Sequence record: NC_061447.1
Length of the DNA: 64,000 bases
Reading direction: 5' to 3' (one strand)
The notes beneath the pieces were generated by a model. It ran no database searches. It had not been told where the DNA came from and saw only the letters and a program-made list of their open reading frames with translations. This document shows, piece after piece, positions 27,072-35,990 of the stretch (positions are counted from its first letter, which is position 1; every line of letters begins with the position of its first letter). Made by a program: the position numbers and the translations under genes.

Positions 27072-28177
27072 TGAGCAAACAACAAACCCTTGATCTGCGT
27101 GACCCTAACCAGTACGAACTCTACTCTCTACATTGCGTAGACGAGCAGTACATCAATCTGGGCAACGCTATCATGATGCACGGTACCGACGAAACGGACC
27201 CAGGCCGCACCGAAGATACGTGGCGCACTCTGATTGGTGTTGGATTCCAGTTGTCTAACACGCTGATCGCTTTCCCTGCGCTGGTGTCTGCGCGTAAGAA
27301 CTGGTACGCTGCTGTAGATGAAATGTGCTGGATGGCTCGCGGTGAAACGAACATCGGCAGCCTCGGCTCCAAAATCTGGAACGAGTGGGCAGACGAAGAC
27401 GGCGAGTGCGGTCCTATCTACGGTCTGATGTGGCGTATGTGGCCTGATATCAAAACGTTCCCGACTATTGAGTCGATGAAAGAACGTCAGATTAGCGATG
27501 CTGAAATCGAGCGTATCTCCAAAGAGATCAATCGCATGAAAGCCGCTGGTTATACCGAAACACAAATGGCAGATGGCCGTGTGTGCTATGAAGGTACTGT
27601 TGATCAGTTCGCTGATGCTCTGCGCCAAGTGATGAACCGCAGTCGCTCTCGTCGTATTCGCGTTCAGGCATATAACCCAGCGTATCTCCACATGCAGGGT
27701 CTGCCTCCGTGCCACACCGAGTTCGAGTTCAACGTCACTAAGCCGACGCTGTATGAAGTTGCTCAGATGGAAGCGCGTCAAATGGCACCTGCCGAAGATA
27801 CGCTGCATATCACTGTGACCATGCGTTCCAACGATGTGCTGCTTGGGCGTCCGTTCAATATCATGGGCTACAGTGCGATGCACCAGATGATCGCCAAGTG
27901 GGCTGGCCTGAACGTAGGTAGCTTTACGCTGAACACTACCAACACTCACCTGTATACGCATCACTTCGAAGCGTTTGAAAAGCAACGTGAGCAGTGGGCA
28001 GTTCTCGCAGACAACATGAAACGCACAGGCGAACCTGTTGTCTATCCTATGCTGGAAATCAGCGACGACATTCTCGGCCTGACGCCAGAAGAGTTGCTGG
28101 ACAACGCCAACGCAGAGTGGTTCCAGCTCCTCGATTATGCGCCATCACCAGCGGTTAAGGGACGTGTGACCAAATGA
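27071..28177 (+). CDS. thyA: thymidylate synthase
   Basis: IWNEWADEDG.CGPIYG, SRRI, LPPCH, MRSNDVLLGRPFN, THLY; dUMP-type Asn. Confidence 0.92.
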   Translation: MSKQQTLDLRDPNQYELYSLHCVDEQYINLGNAIMMHGTDETDPGRTEDTWRTLIGVGFQLSNTLIAFPALVSARKNWYAAVDEMCWMARGETNIGSLGSKIWNEWADEDGECGPIYGLMWRMWPDIKTFPTIESMKERQISDAEIERISKEINRMKAAGYTETQMADGRVCYEGTVDQFADALRQVMNRSRSRRIRVQAYNPAYLHMQGLPPCHTEFEFNVTKPTLYEVAQMEARQMAPAEDTLHITVTMRSNDVLLGRPFNIMGYSAMHQMIAKWAGLNVGSFTLNTTNTHLYTHHFEAFEKQREQWAVLADNMKRTGEPVVYPMLEISDDILGLTPEELLDNANAEWFQLLDYAPSPAVKGRVTK

Positions 28178-28827
28178 ACAACGATAACTTCATGTTGATT
28201 AAACGCTTGAGTGCGTTCCTGTATGTCGGGTATGCAGAGCATGAGCTGCATATTCCTCGTCGTGGTGTCCAGAGCGTCCACGTTGTCATCCCAGATCCAA
28301 AAGGTGATGATGAACCTATTCTGGACATGCAGGCTCAGTGTATCTACCACCTGCCGCACAACTGCTTTATCTTGCAGGCTAGACCTGGTGCAGAAGGTAA
28401 TGAGACAATGTGTGCTATGAAGTCGCATTGTAAATTCAACGAAGGTTTGTTCCAGAAGTCAGTGCATGGCCGCGAGCAGGCTGCTATCAATCTGATCCTG
28501 AACGAACTGCGCGATGCAGAAACAGATCATCCTACGTGGCCAGAAGAATGTATTCACGCTGCGTCTATCGTGGTTGAAGAAGCAGGTGAGTTGCTGCGTG
28601 ACTGCGCAACGTTTGAAGAAAACGGCGATGCGCGTCTGATCGAAAACATGCGCATTGAGGCGATGCAGACAGGTGCAATGGCTCTGCGCTTCCTCAAGAA
28701 CCTGCCGTTCAGTCAGAAGCGTACAATCCCTAACAAGGCGATTCGCTCTGTGCTTGAATCGGACATGACACCTGAGCAGCAGGTCGCAGAAATGCGTAAG
28801 CTACTCGATTTGGGAGAGATGCAATGA
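28174..28827 (+). CDS. protein with C-terminal MazG-like (NTP pyrophosphatase) domain
   Basis: ELRDAETDHPTWP...IVVEEAGEL...EAMQTGAMALRF. Confidence 0.6.
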   Translation: MNNDNFMLIKRLSAFLYVGYAEHELHIPRRGVQSVHVVIPDPKGDDEPILDMQAQCIYHLPHNCFILQARPGAEGNETMCAMKSHCKFNEGLFQKSVHGREQAAINLILNELRDAETDHPTWPEECIHAASIVVEEAGELLRDCATFEENGDARLIENMRIEAMQTGAMALRFLKNLPFSQKRTIPNKAIRSVLESDMTPEQQVAEMRKLLDLGEMQ

Positions 28828-29714
28828 AGCTATTAGGTTATGAGGCTTGCGGTGGCACGCCGTTTCGTATTCTGCGAGTAGAAGACTCAGGCCAACTCAC
28901 TGACGGTACGCATGAACGTATCGACCTGTTCGACTGCATCTTCACCAACGTTGACGTGTCGCACGACATTGATACGGGCCATGCGATTCTCGCTTTGCCT
29001 GCGGCTACTGATTGGCGTGTTGACCTGACCAGTAAGATGTTCACTAAAGAATACATGGACTGGTTCAACGGCTATTCACCGACAATCGAAGTCCTGCTTG
29101 ATGCGCATAAGCTGAAAGCACTTCTGCCTAACATCACTCAGGAGTTTGATCAGTTCGTTGAGTGGTTGAAAGCAGAAACAGCCAAGATGCCTACGCTCGA
29201 AGTCACGTTTAAATACGACACGCTTACGGCAGTTAAGACAGGTAGTAAGTACGATATCTGGATGTTGTACAAACACTACCTGATGGTTGAAGGTAATCTG
29301 ACTGTGACGCGCAACCCTGAAGGTGACGTTATCTTCCACGATGCGCATATCTCTGAAAAGGGTACGCAGCACTGGCTGCACGAGCACAACAAAGAGATGA
29401 TGCGCCTTGCAGCGGAAAACGATCTGCTTGCAGCGTACATCACTTTCGGTGTCGACCGTGGTAGACCTCAATACCAGTACACATTTGTTGCGCGTGATGG
29501 TGGGTACGCGACTCGTCAAGTTGATGATGCAGAGTTCATGCACATCGCAATTCGTGGACTGATGCCGAAAGTGTTGATGCAGGACGCTGGCGCCAATCTA
29601 AACATGACGGTAAGTATCGAACATCACTTCCCGCAAAAGTATCTGGACTTTGAGCGCAGTGCTCGACCTACCATCGGTTATAACCATGCACTGAATCTGA
29701 TTCGTTTCATCTGA
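28824..29714 (+). CDS. hypothetical protein
   Basis: 296 aa, ATGA overlap. Confidence 0.75.
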   Translation: MKLLGYEACGGTPFRILRVEDSGQLTDGTHERIDLFDCIFTNVDVSHDIDTGHAILALPAATDWRVDLTSKMFTKEYMDWFNGYSPTIEVLLDAHKLKALLPNITQEFDQFVEWLKAETAKMPTLEVTFKYDTLTAVKTGSKYDIWMLYKHYLMVEGNLTVTRNPEGDVIFHDAHISEKGTQHWLHEHNKEMMRLAAENDLLAAYITFGVDRGRPQYQYTFVARDGGYATRQVDDAEFMHIAIRGLMPKVLMQDAGANLNMTVSIEHHFPQKYLDFERSARPTIGYNHALNLIRFI

Positions 29715-29764
29715 CCGGCGTTGGCCTCCTGTCAGTAATTTGATTGTCTAACAGGAGAGCTAAC

Positions 29765-30100
29765 ATGAAATATGATCCGAAGAAAGACTTCCATCCGTTT
29801 CAATATCTGGGCGCACCTAAAGCTCCGCACACAGGGTTCTTAGGTAACACAGTGAACTTGGTGGAGAACGATGTAAACATCGGCAGCGATGAATGCACGT
29901 TCGAGTTCACTGTGGCTCAGATGAATCAGATGGACCGAGGTACTGTTACGTTCAGGGCTAAAGACTCTGGCGGAGGTATCGACATTAAGAAATGCTCTGT
30001 CTCAGGTCTGAAAATGGTAATTAAGCTGGACCGACGTGTGATTGAGTTCGGCAAAGTTCAAGTTGAATGGCAGACCACTCCTCGTCACTACTATTACTGA
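29765..30100 (+). CDS. hypothetical beta-rich protein
   Basis: AGGAG SD before ATG 29765. Confidence 0.65.
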   Translation: MKYDPKKDFHPFQYLGAPKAPHTGFLGNTVNLVENDVNIGSDECTFEFTVAQMNQMDRGTVTFRAKDSGGGIDIKKCSVSGLKMVIKLDRRVIEFGKVQVEWQTTPRHYYY

Positions 30101-30102
30101 AT

Positions 30103-30111
30103 CTGTAAATA
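30103..30111 (+). promoter_or_regulatory. CTGTAAATA promoter-like motif
   Basis: 35 nt upstream of the ParB-like/MTase unit; 20-nt context identical to the 7761 copy. Confidence 0.65.
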
Positions 30112-30145
30112 GACAGAGAAAGAGCAACCGATAAGAGATACGACA

Positions 30146-30856
30146 ATGGCAAAAACTGCTATCAAAGCAAAGGACGGGAAAAAGAAAAAGAATGACGGAC
30201 TAAAGTTTGAGTTGAATAAACTCAGCTCCGTCTCTCAGTTGAAGGGGGCTACGTACAACCCGCGTTTCATTACAGACAGTCGCCTGAAAGCACTCGAAGG
30301 TTCTTTGGGTAGCTTCGGCGACTTGTCTGGTATCGTGTTCAACAACAACATCAAATCTGGTGTGTTGATCTCTGGCCACCAGCGCCTGAAATCAATCGAA
30401 GGCTGGAAGACTCGTATCGAGATTCAGAAGTCTGTTGATAAGCACGGCACAATCGGCCTGGGTTACATTCACGCGACGCATCCAAAGAAAGCTGATAAAG
30501 TGATCAGCATTCCTCTGCGTGTCGTGAACTGGACCGATAAGAAAGCCGAGTACGCTGCGAACATCGCGGCAAACGCCCATGGCGGTGAGTTCGATAACAA
30601 GAAACTCGCCAAGCTGGTTGAACAACTCGACCTCAATACAATCAAGCCTCAACTGCTCGGTCTCGACCCGTTAGAAATTCGCGGTCTTCAAGCCAAGCTG
30701 AAAGTTCAGGCCGTTGTGCAGGACGAGAAACGTGCTGGCAAGACTACTGGCCAGATGAACGGTAGTACAGGCAAGTTCAACGAGTATAGCCCAGATGATG
30801 TGGGTGACGCTCTGAACTGCACCTGCCCGCGTTGTGGATTCAAGTTCGAGGGATAA
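30146..30856 (+). CDS. ParB/Srx-like N-terminal domain protein with CPRCG tail
   Basis: YNPR.I...L..SL..FG...IVFN...LISGHQRL...ANIAAN...GEFD; C-terminal CTCPRCGFKF. Confidence 0.8.
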   Translation: MAKTAIKAKDGKKKKNDGLKFELNKLSSVSQLKGATYNPRFITDSRLKALEGSLGSFGDLSGIVFNNNIKSGVLISGHQRLKSIEGWKTRIEIQKSVDKHGTIGLGYIHATHPKKADKVISIPLRVVNWTDKKAEYAANIAANAHGGEFDNKKLAKLVEQLDLNTIKPQLLGLDPLEIRGLQAKLKVQAVVQDEKRAGKTTGQMNGSTGKFNEYSPDDVGDALNCTCPRCGFKFEG

Positions 30857-30858
30857 TA

Positions 30859-32988
30859 ATGATCATCAAGCCGCCTACGATGAAGGAAATCAACAAGCTG
30901 GATAAACCCTGGCGTGGTATGAGTTTCTTCGCAGGTTGCGGTGGTTCTTCTACCGGTCACAAGATGGCCGGTATCAACATCGTGCTGAGTAACGAGTTTG
31001 TTGACTCGGCGCGTGAGTCGTATGAAGCAAACCACCCGACAACCAAAGTGCTGCCGCATGATATTCGTCGCTTAGACCCAGGCAAGCTGATGCGCTATGC
31101 TGGTCTGTCTAAAGGCGAATTGGATTTACTTGACGGTAGTCCTCCTTGCTTTACCGAAGACACTATCATTCATACAGCAGACGGCATGAAGTTCATCTCG
31201 GACATGAACGTCGGCGATAAAGCGATGACAAGCATCGGTCAGTATCTTCCTGTGTATGACACTATGGTTCGTCCGTATGTCGGTACTATGCACAAGATTG
31301 AAACTCTGATCAGTGCAAACAACGCAACGCCCGAGCATCCGTTCTTCATTCGTCGTCCGCTTGAGTCTGGTGGCTTCTCTGACCCGTTCTGGTGTGACGC
31401 TAAAGACGTGCAGGAAGGTGACCTGGTCGGTACTCCAAGAACTACTCCTGACATTGGTGCAGATGCAGTACACGCCCAGATGGAACAACTGCCGAAGTTG
31501 ATTCAGCAGTGGGTGAGCATCCCTGAGTTCTGGTGGATGGTAGGTCACTGGTGTGATCGCGGTTCAATCGAGACTGTTAGTGGTGTAGAAGTTGTTAGCT
31601 TCGAATCGCATACCAGTCTGGAAAACGCGATGATTGAGCAGGCGTTTGATGCGCTTAAACTCAGTAGCCTGAACCGTATCGACCGCATGACAGCACAACG
31701 TAAAACGTTCCGTACTGTTATCGACGCCGAGCTGGTGCAGTTCCTGCGCCGCTTCGTCAGTGCTGGCAACAACACGTTCTCTCGTCGTCTACCTGCTCTG
31801 GTATTCCACCTGAGCACCGAGCTGAAACGTCAATTCATTCTCGGCTGCGCTGGGCATGACTACGTTACAGCGATGGGCACTGGCCTTGCTATCACGTCTT
31901 CAAGCAAGCGCTTCCTGTTAGAGATGAACTACCTGTGCTGTTCTGCGTTCAACCGTCCGCTATTCGACGGAATGATTTGGGGCGACGTGTACTTCGGTAG
32001 CGCGTTAACTCCAAAAGAGCGTAACAGTGCGCGTGAACATCTCGGCTATTTGTTCCTGCAGGAAGAGCACAACTTCTTCCACGAGTTCGATAAAGAAGAC
32101 CCGAACCTGTGGGTACAAGTGATTGAGAACCTTGCGTATCAGGCAACTTGTGACGTCTATAACTTCTCGGTTGAAGTTGACGAAACCTACGTGGCTAATG
32201 GTACTGTGGTGCACAACTGCAAAGGCTTCTCGACTGCTGGCGTGAAAGAAGAAGGCTGGGGCAAAGAAGTTAAGTACAGCGATAACAAGTATCAGCAGGT
32301 TGATGACCTGTTCGATCAGTATTGCCGTATGCTGGAAGGCATGATGCCGAAAGTGTTCACTGCGGAGAACGTTAGTGGTCTTGTTAAGGGCGCTTCGAAA
32401 GGTTACTTCATCGAGATCATGAAAGAGTTCGACAGGATTGGGTATTACGTCCGAGCGCCGCTGCTTAACGCTGCCTGGCTCGGTGTGCCTCAGTCCCGTG
32501 AGCGTATCATCTTCATGGGTGTACGCAAAGACGTAGCACACGCTCTCGGTCACAAGAGCATTAAGACCGCTGTGCCTGATGTTGTGCCTTGTGACACAAT
32601 GGCATTCCTTGCCGATGCGCTGCCGCATATTCAACGGTATAAGTCCACGAAGAAAGATATCATTACGTATCTGCCTGCGATGAACGGACCGATGCCGACT
32701 ATCACTGCGGCCGATGCGATAGCCTATGAAACTGCGCGGTTCTCGTCTGCTGGTTTCATCGAAGATAACAAAGGCCATCGCCGTAAACTGACCATCGACG
32801 AACTCAAAGTTATTTCTGGTCTGCCCTCTGACTATAAGCTGGTGGGCAAATTCGAAGAACAATGGGAGCGTCTCGGTCGTATCTGTGTGCCAGCAATGAC
32901 ACACGCTGCATCCAAAGCGCTTATCGAACACGTCTTACTTCCGTACGCGAAGAAGCGTAAGAAGAAGCCTGGCGATATCTTCAAGTAA
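30859..32988 (+). CDS. C5-cytosine DNA methyltransferase homolog with intein; motif X GN->GR (candidate carboxymethyltransferase)
   Basis: Motif I FFAGCGG, IV GSPP/C (split by intein), VI AENV, VIII QSRERIIF, X WERLGRICVP. Confidence 0.9.
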   Translation: MIIKPPTMKEINKLDKPWRGMSFFAGCGGSSTGHKMAGINIVLSNEFVDSARESYEANHPTTKVLPHDIRRLDPGKLMRYAGLSKGELDLLDGSPPCFTEDTIIHTADGMKFISDMNVGDKAMTSIGQYLPVYDTMVRPYVGTMHKIETLISANNATPEHPFFIRRPLESGGFSDPFWCDAKDVQEGDLVGTPRTTPDIGADAVHAQMEQLPKLIQQWVSIPEFWWMVGHWCDRGSIETVSGVEVVSFESHTSLENAMIEQAFDALKLSSLNRIDRMTAQRKTFRTVIDAELVQFLRRFVSAGNNTFSRRLPALVFHLSTELKRQFILGCAGHDYVTAMGTGLAITSSSKRFLLEMNYLCCSAFNRPLFDGMIWGDVYFGSALTPKERNSAREHLGYLFLQEEHNFFHEFDKEDPNLWVQVIENLAYQATCDVYNFSVEVDETYVANGTVVHNCKGFSTAGVKEEGWGKEVKYSDNKYQQVDDLFDQYCRMLEGMMPKVFTAENVSGLVKGASKGYFIEIMKEFDRIGYYVRAPLLNAAWLGVPQSRERIIFMGVRKDVAHALGHKSIKTAVPDVVPCDTMAFLADALPHIQRYKSTKKDIITYLPAMNGPMPTITAADAIAYETARFSSAGFIEDNKGHRRKLTIDELKVISGLPSDYKLVGKFEEQWERLGRICVPAMTHAASKALIEHVLLPYAKKRKKKPGDIFK
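31147..32217 (+). mobile_element. intein (357 aa) with degenerate LAGLIDADG region, inserted before the catalytic Cys
   Basis: CFTEDT..., block B ATPEHP, block F/G VYNFSVEVDETYVANGTVVHN then Cys+1; LAGLIDADG-like boxes (MVGHWCDRGS, FILGCAGHD) lack canonical acidic residues. Confidence 0.9.
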
Positions 32989-32996
32989 GGTCACCT

Positions 32997-33101
32997 ATGT
33001 TCTGGACAGGCTTAGTGGTAGGTATCGTGGTGGGAGTTGTCATCACGCTATTCAGCTTGTGGTATTTCTTCCTTAAGGACTTCAAGGTGTTCAAGTCTTG
33101 A
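32997..33101 (+). CDS. 34-aa single-TM peptide (not in ORF track)
   Basis: MFWTGLVVGIVVGVVITLFSLWYFFLKDFKVFKS; AAGG upstream. Confidence 0.55.
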   Translation: MFWTGLVVGIVVGVVITLFSLWYFFLKDFKVFKS

Positions 33102-33134
33102 TACAACAGGACAAGGACGTCCAGGAGATTTAAA

Positions 33135-33698
33135 ATGTCATACAGTTTAGTTCGTTCAATGATGATTGCGCATGTGCAAGAAGGTCAGCTTGTTTGCTCT
33201 AAGTACAAGGTCAAACTCGGTGGTAAAGACTCCACAACGCTGTTCAACTTCATGCACCGCGTCTTCTTTGAGTACAATGGTCGCATTCTACTTGAAGACG
33301 AGCAGGACCGTGACCTGATGCCTACGCTTAACTACCGCAAGATGGCCAAAGTGCTGGAAGGTAACGGCAGCGTATTCTCTCGCATTGTTCAGCTTGCTCT
33401 GAAACATGGCGTTAACTGTCGTCTGGTGAACTGTTTCAAAGACACAACTGACGTGGCCTCTGTGTTTTATCTGACGCAGCCTTCGGCAGTTGCCTGTCAG
33501 GTTCTGGAGACAGACAAAGAAGACCTCTTCGGTAAAACGTTGTTTGTTGGCGCAGACTCAGACGTCGATTACGTCGGTCGCAATGTCGTGCCTGTTGTGT
33601 GCGATGATAACTTTGACGTCGATGATAAAGTTCTCGGCGTCAACATGTTCTCACTGTATGATGACAGCAGCAAGCTGATGGTTCTGGTTGGTAAATAA
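33135..33698 (+). CDS. hypothetical protein
   Basis: AGGAG SD. Confidence 0.75.
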   Translation: MSYSLVRSMMIAHVQEGQLVCSKYKVKLGGKDSTTLFNFMHRVFFEYNGRILLEDEQDRDLMPTLNYRKMAKVLEGNGSVFSRIVQLALKHGVNCRLVNCFKDTTDVASVFYLTQPSAVACQVLETDKEDLFGKTLFVGADSDVDYVGRNVVPVVCDDNFDVDDKVLGVNMFSLYDDSSKLMVLVGK

Positions 33699-33699
33699 A

Positions 33700-33867
33700 A
33701 TGATACGCTACCCGATAATATTCCTCGCTACATGGATTCTGGTAGCGTACTCGTTATCGACAATGGACGTTACATATGAGTGGTGTGAGAAGATAGGCAT
33801 CGTTTGCGCTGCGCTTGTCACACACTTCGAAATCAAATGGCAACGTTTTATCAAGGGGCAGAGTTAA
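33700..33867 (+). CDS. small membrane protein (55 aa, not in ORF track)
   Basis: MIRYPIIFLATWILVAYS...; TAATG coupling to the next gene. Confidence 0.55.
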   Translation: MIRYPIIFLATWILVAYSLSTMDVTYEWCEKIGIVCAALVTHFEIKWQRFIKGQS

Positions 33868-34277
33868 TGAGTAAGCGCCAAGACGCCCTCAACGTTCTGA
33901 AAGAGTTCGGCTTCGACCACCAGCGTGGGTTTATTCGTATCGTTCGTGGCGAATATCTTTCAGCATTCCAGTTCCATCTGGACGAAATTCGTGAAGTCAC
34001 CATAGAACGTGGTGAAGGTGTTAACAGTGTAGATGGAAGCATTGTCATTGTATGCCGTGTCAATATCTGCCTGGTTAGCGGTGGTTCTGCACACTCAGTG
34101 GCTATGCACCCCGAGCGCGATAAGAAAGACCTTTCGCGTTTGGCTTCTGCATTTTTGTTGTTGCGTGATTCTTCTTGCGGCCTTCCGTACGCGGACTATC
34201 ACGTCAGCATCGTCGATACCAAGTTTTACATCAATCCGCCTGTAGTTAAGTGGCCGGTTGAAACTCCCGCCGAGTAA
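33867..34277 (+). CDS. hypothetical protein
   Basis: Start moved to the coupled ATG 33867. Confidence 0.65.
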   Translation: MSKRQDALNVLKEFGFDHQRGFIRIVRGEYLSAFQFHLDEIREVTIERGEGVNSVDGSIVIVCRVNICLVSGGSAHSVAMHPERDKKDLSRLASAFLLLRDSSCGLPYADYHVSIVDTKFYINPPVVKWPVETPAE

Positions 34278-34335
34278 TCGGCATTCGGTGTGTAGCACAA
34301 ACGTGACTACACCCTCTACCTAAAAGGTATGTACT

Positions 34336-35241
34336 ATGTCAAAGCAACATGTGTCTTATAGCAGTGCGTTCGCAATCGGTGAGATGGCGTTACTGTCTCT
34401 CGATAACTTTGGTCAGAACAAAGTACCTTACGGCGTTATCGAAGGTGTGATGTTCTACGGACGTCAGCGTCTGTATCGCGTGTCGTTATTCGTTAACGAT
34501 GGACCAGAGTCGAACCCATCTGCGTTCTTGCACCAGGGTCGTCCTGTTGATGGTTTCATTGCGCAGGACTTGAAGCCGATTCTTGATCGTCAGTATATCG
34601 ATCACATCGGCCATGTTGGTAAGTTCGAGCGTCCTGACGAAGCGTACTCAGGTAACACGCAGTTCATTCCTGGTCAGCTTGTCGAAGTTGATATCGACCT
34701 CGAAGGAACTGGCGAACAGGATAAGTTCAACATTCCTGTTATGGTTACTGGCGTTACCTACGTCGAAGGTAAAGTGCTGTACGAAGTGAGCATTCAACGT
34801 GCTTATTATGAAGATGGTCGTGTTAAAAACGGCCGTCTGGTGCGTGATACTCTGAGCAATATCGACAGCATCTATCTGAAACCTGTTGGTGGTTGGCCTG
34901 AAACCGTTCTCGATTCTGAGAAAGGTGATGTAGCGCTCACCATTAAAGGTGATGGCACTGTGGCTATCGACTGCGACGCAGAGCTGGTTATTACAGCCAA
35001 CTCAATCGCATTCGAGCCTACCGCTGTACCAATCTCCAACGATCTGTTCGACGCTGCATATGAAGCGCATCTCAACGGTGTGCTGTGCGGCGATAGTAAC
35101 AAAGACGCGGCACGTAACTTCTTAGGTCAGTATATCCATGAACAGGAGAAACGCCTCAGCGCATTCCGTTCTAAGGGTACAGTTACAGGTCGTGTTAGCT
35201 GTGCGCATGAAAACCTGAGCGAGATTCCTCGTTCTAAGTAA
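34336..35241 (+). CDS. hypothetical protein with PolA-like TxTGRxSxxxxNLxxIP tail
   Basis: C-terminal GTVTGRVSCAHENLSEIPRSK. Confidence 0.7.
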   Translation: MSKQHVSYSSAFAIGEMALLSLDNFGQNKVPYGVIEGVMFYGRQRLYRVSLFVNDGPESNPSAFLHQGRPVDGFIAQDLKPILDRQYIDHIGHVGKFERPDEAYSGNTQFIPGQLVEVDIDLEGTGEQDKFNIPVMVTGVTYVEGKVLYEVSIQRAYYEDGRVKNGRLVRDTLSNIDSIYLKPVGGWPETVLDSEKGDVALTIKGDGTVAIDCDAELVITANSIAFEPTAVPISNDLFDAAYEAHLNGVLCGDSNKDAARNFLGQYIHEQEKRLSAFRSKGTVTGRVSCAHENLSEIPRSK

Positions 35242-35248
35242 GACCCTG

Positions 35249-35273
35249 TGGGTGGCTTCGGCCGCCCATTTTT
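35249..35273 (+). terminator. intrinsic terminator
   Basis: TGGGTGGC-TTCG-GCCGCCCA-TTTTT. Confidence 0.85.
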
Positions 35274-35284
35274 GTATCTGAATA

Positions 35285-35293
35285 CTGTAAATA
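35285..35293 (+). promoter_or_regulatory. CTGTAAATA promoter-like motif
   Basis: Immediately after a terminator, 30 nt before the 35323 start. Confidence 0.65.
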
Positions 35294-35322
35294 TCTGATA
35301 CACAAACAAAGAGAGAATCAAT

Positions 35323-35982
35323 ATGAATCTTGAGCACGTACAACTGGCCACTGTGGCTGTGGTAAATCTCGTTAATGAGATGAAAAGCGAAGCAGAAAAA
35401 CAAGGCTTCGAAGTCAAAGATACAACGGACGGCATTCGTATCTTCTACCCAGGCTTTAACGGAAGTCAGGAGTATGACTTCTTGCGTCTATCTCGCATGG
35501 CCCTTGTAGGTGTCGTATCGAAGTGTCCGTTTAAAATCAAACTCGACGAGCGCTACGGGCCAGTGATGTTGCCTGAAATCGATCTTGATGCGTATGAGGG
35601 TGACTTTCCAACTACAAGGGAGATGTTCGGTACGCTGAACAAAGAGCTGCGCGAGTTCTTGGCTGCACAGGGAGATCTTGCGCCTGCACACATCTTCTGG
35701 TCACAAGCCGAAGCACCAGGGGTCAACGCAAGCAAAGAAGAACGCGATTATTTCGCTGTGTTGGGTAACGTGTACGAAGACGGGCGCTTCCGTAATCTTA
35801 CTATCACCCTTAACCACTTCTCGTACATCTACCTGACGGCTAACGTCAAGTACGCAGTGCTGGAGAATCCAGAACGCGGCCAGTATGTCGATCTGCACGA
35901 AGACTCAGACAAGGCATACGGCGAGATTTGCTGGGAAGTATTCAGTCGTGTCAAACGTGAACTCCATACCGTTCAATCATAG
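35323..35982 (+). CDS. hypothetical protein
   Basis: 219-aa ORF. Confidence 0.75.
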   Translation: MNLEHVQLATVAVVNLVNEMKSEAEKQGFEVKDTTDGIRIFYPGFNGSQEYDFLRLSRMALVGVVSKCPFKIKLDERYGPVMLPEIDLDAYEGDFPTTREMFGTLNKELREFLAAQGDLAPAHIFWSQAEAPGVNASKEERDYFAVLGNVYEDGRFRNLTITLNHFSYIYLTANVKYAVLENPERGQYVDLHEDSDKAYGEICWEVFSRVKRELHTVQS

Positions 35983-35990
35983 AGGTTAAC

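Noticed and set aside
27071-28177. ThyA as a dCMP hydroxymethylase or other base-modifying synthase
   Set aside because: It keeps the dUMP-specifying Asn (PFN) and the canonical PPCH/RSxD motifs, so an ordinary thymidylate synthase is the simpler reading. The modification is more likely post-replicative.
30832-30858. TTG start at 30832 for the MTase given by the ORF track
   Set aside because: It overlaps the ParB-like C-terminus. ATG 30859, 2 nt after the upstream stop and preceded by GAGGG, is more plausible.
32005-32931. Long minus-strand ORFs opposite real genes (e.g. 32005-32931, 27128-27985, 44578-45327, 2927-3595)
   Set aside because: They lie entirely antisense to well-supported genes and have no motifs; shadow ORFs.
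34269-34312. Two small adjacent hairpins (GCCGA-GTAA-TCGGC and a GTGTAG/CTACAC stem)
   Set aside because: No U tract, short stems and no second copy; insufficient to call a terminator or ncRNA.
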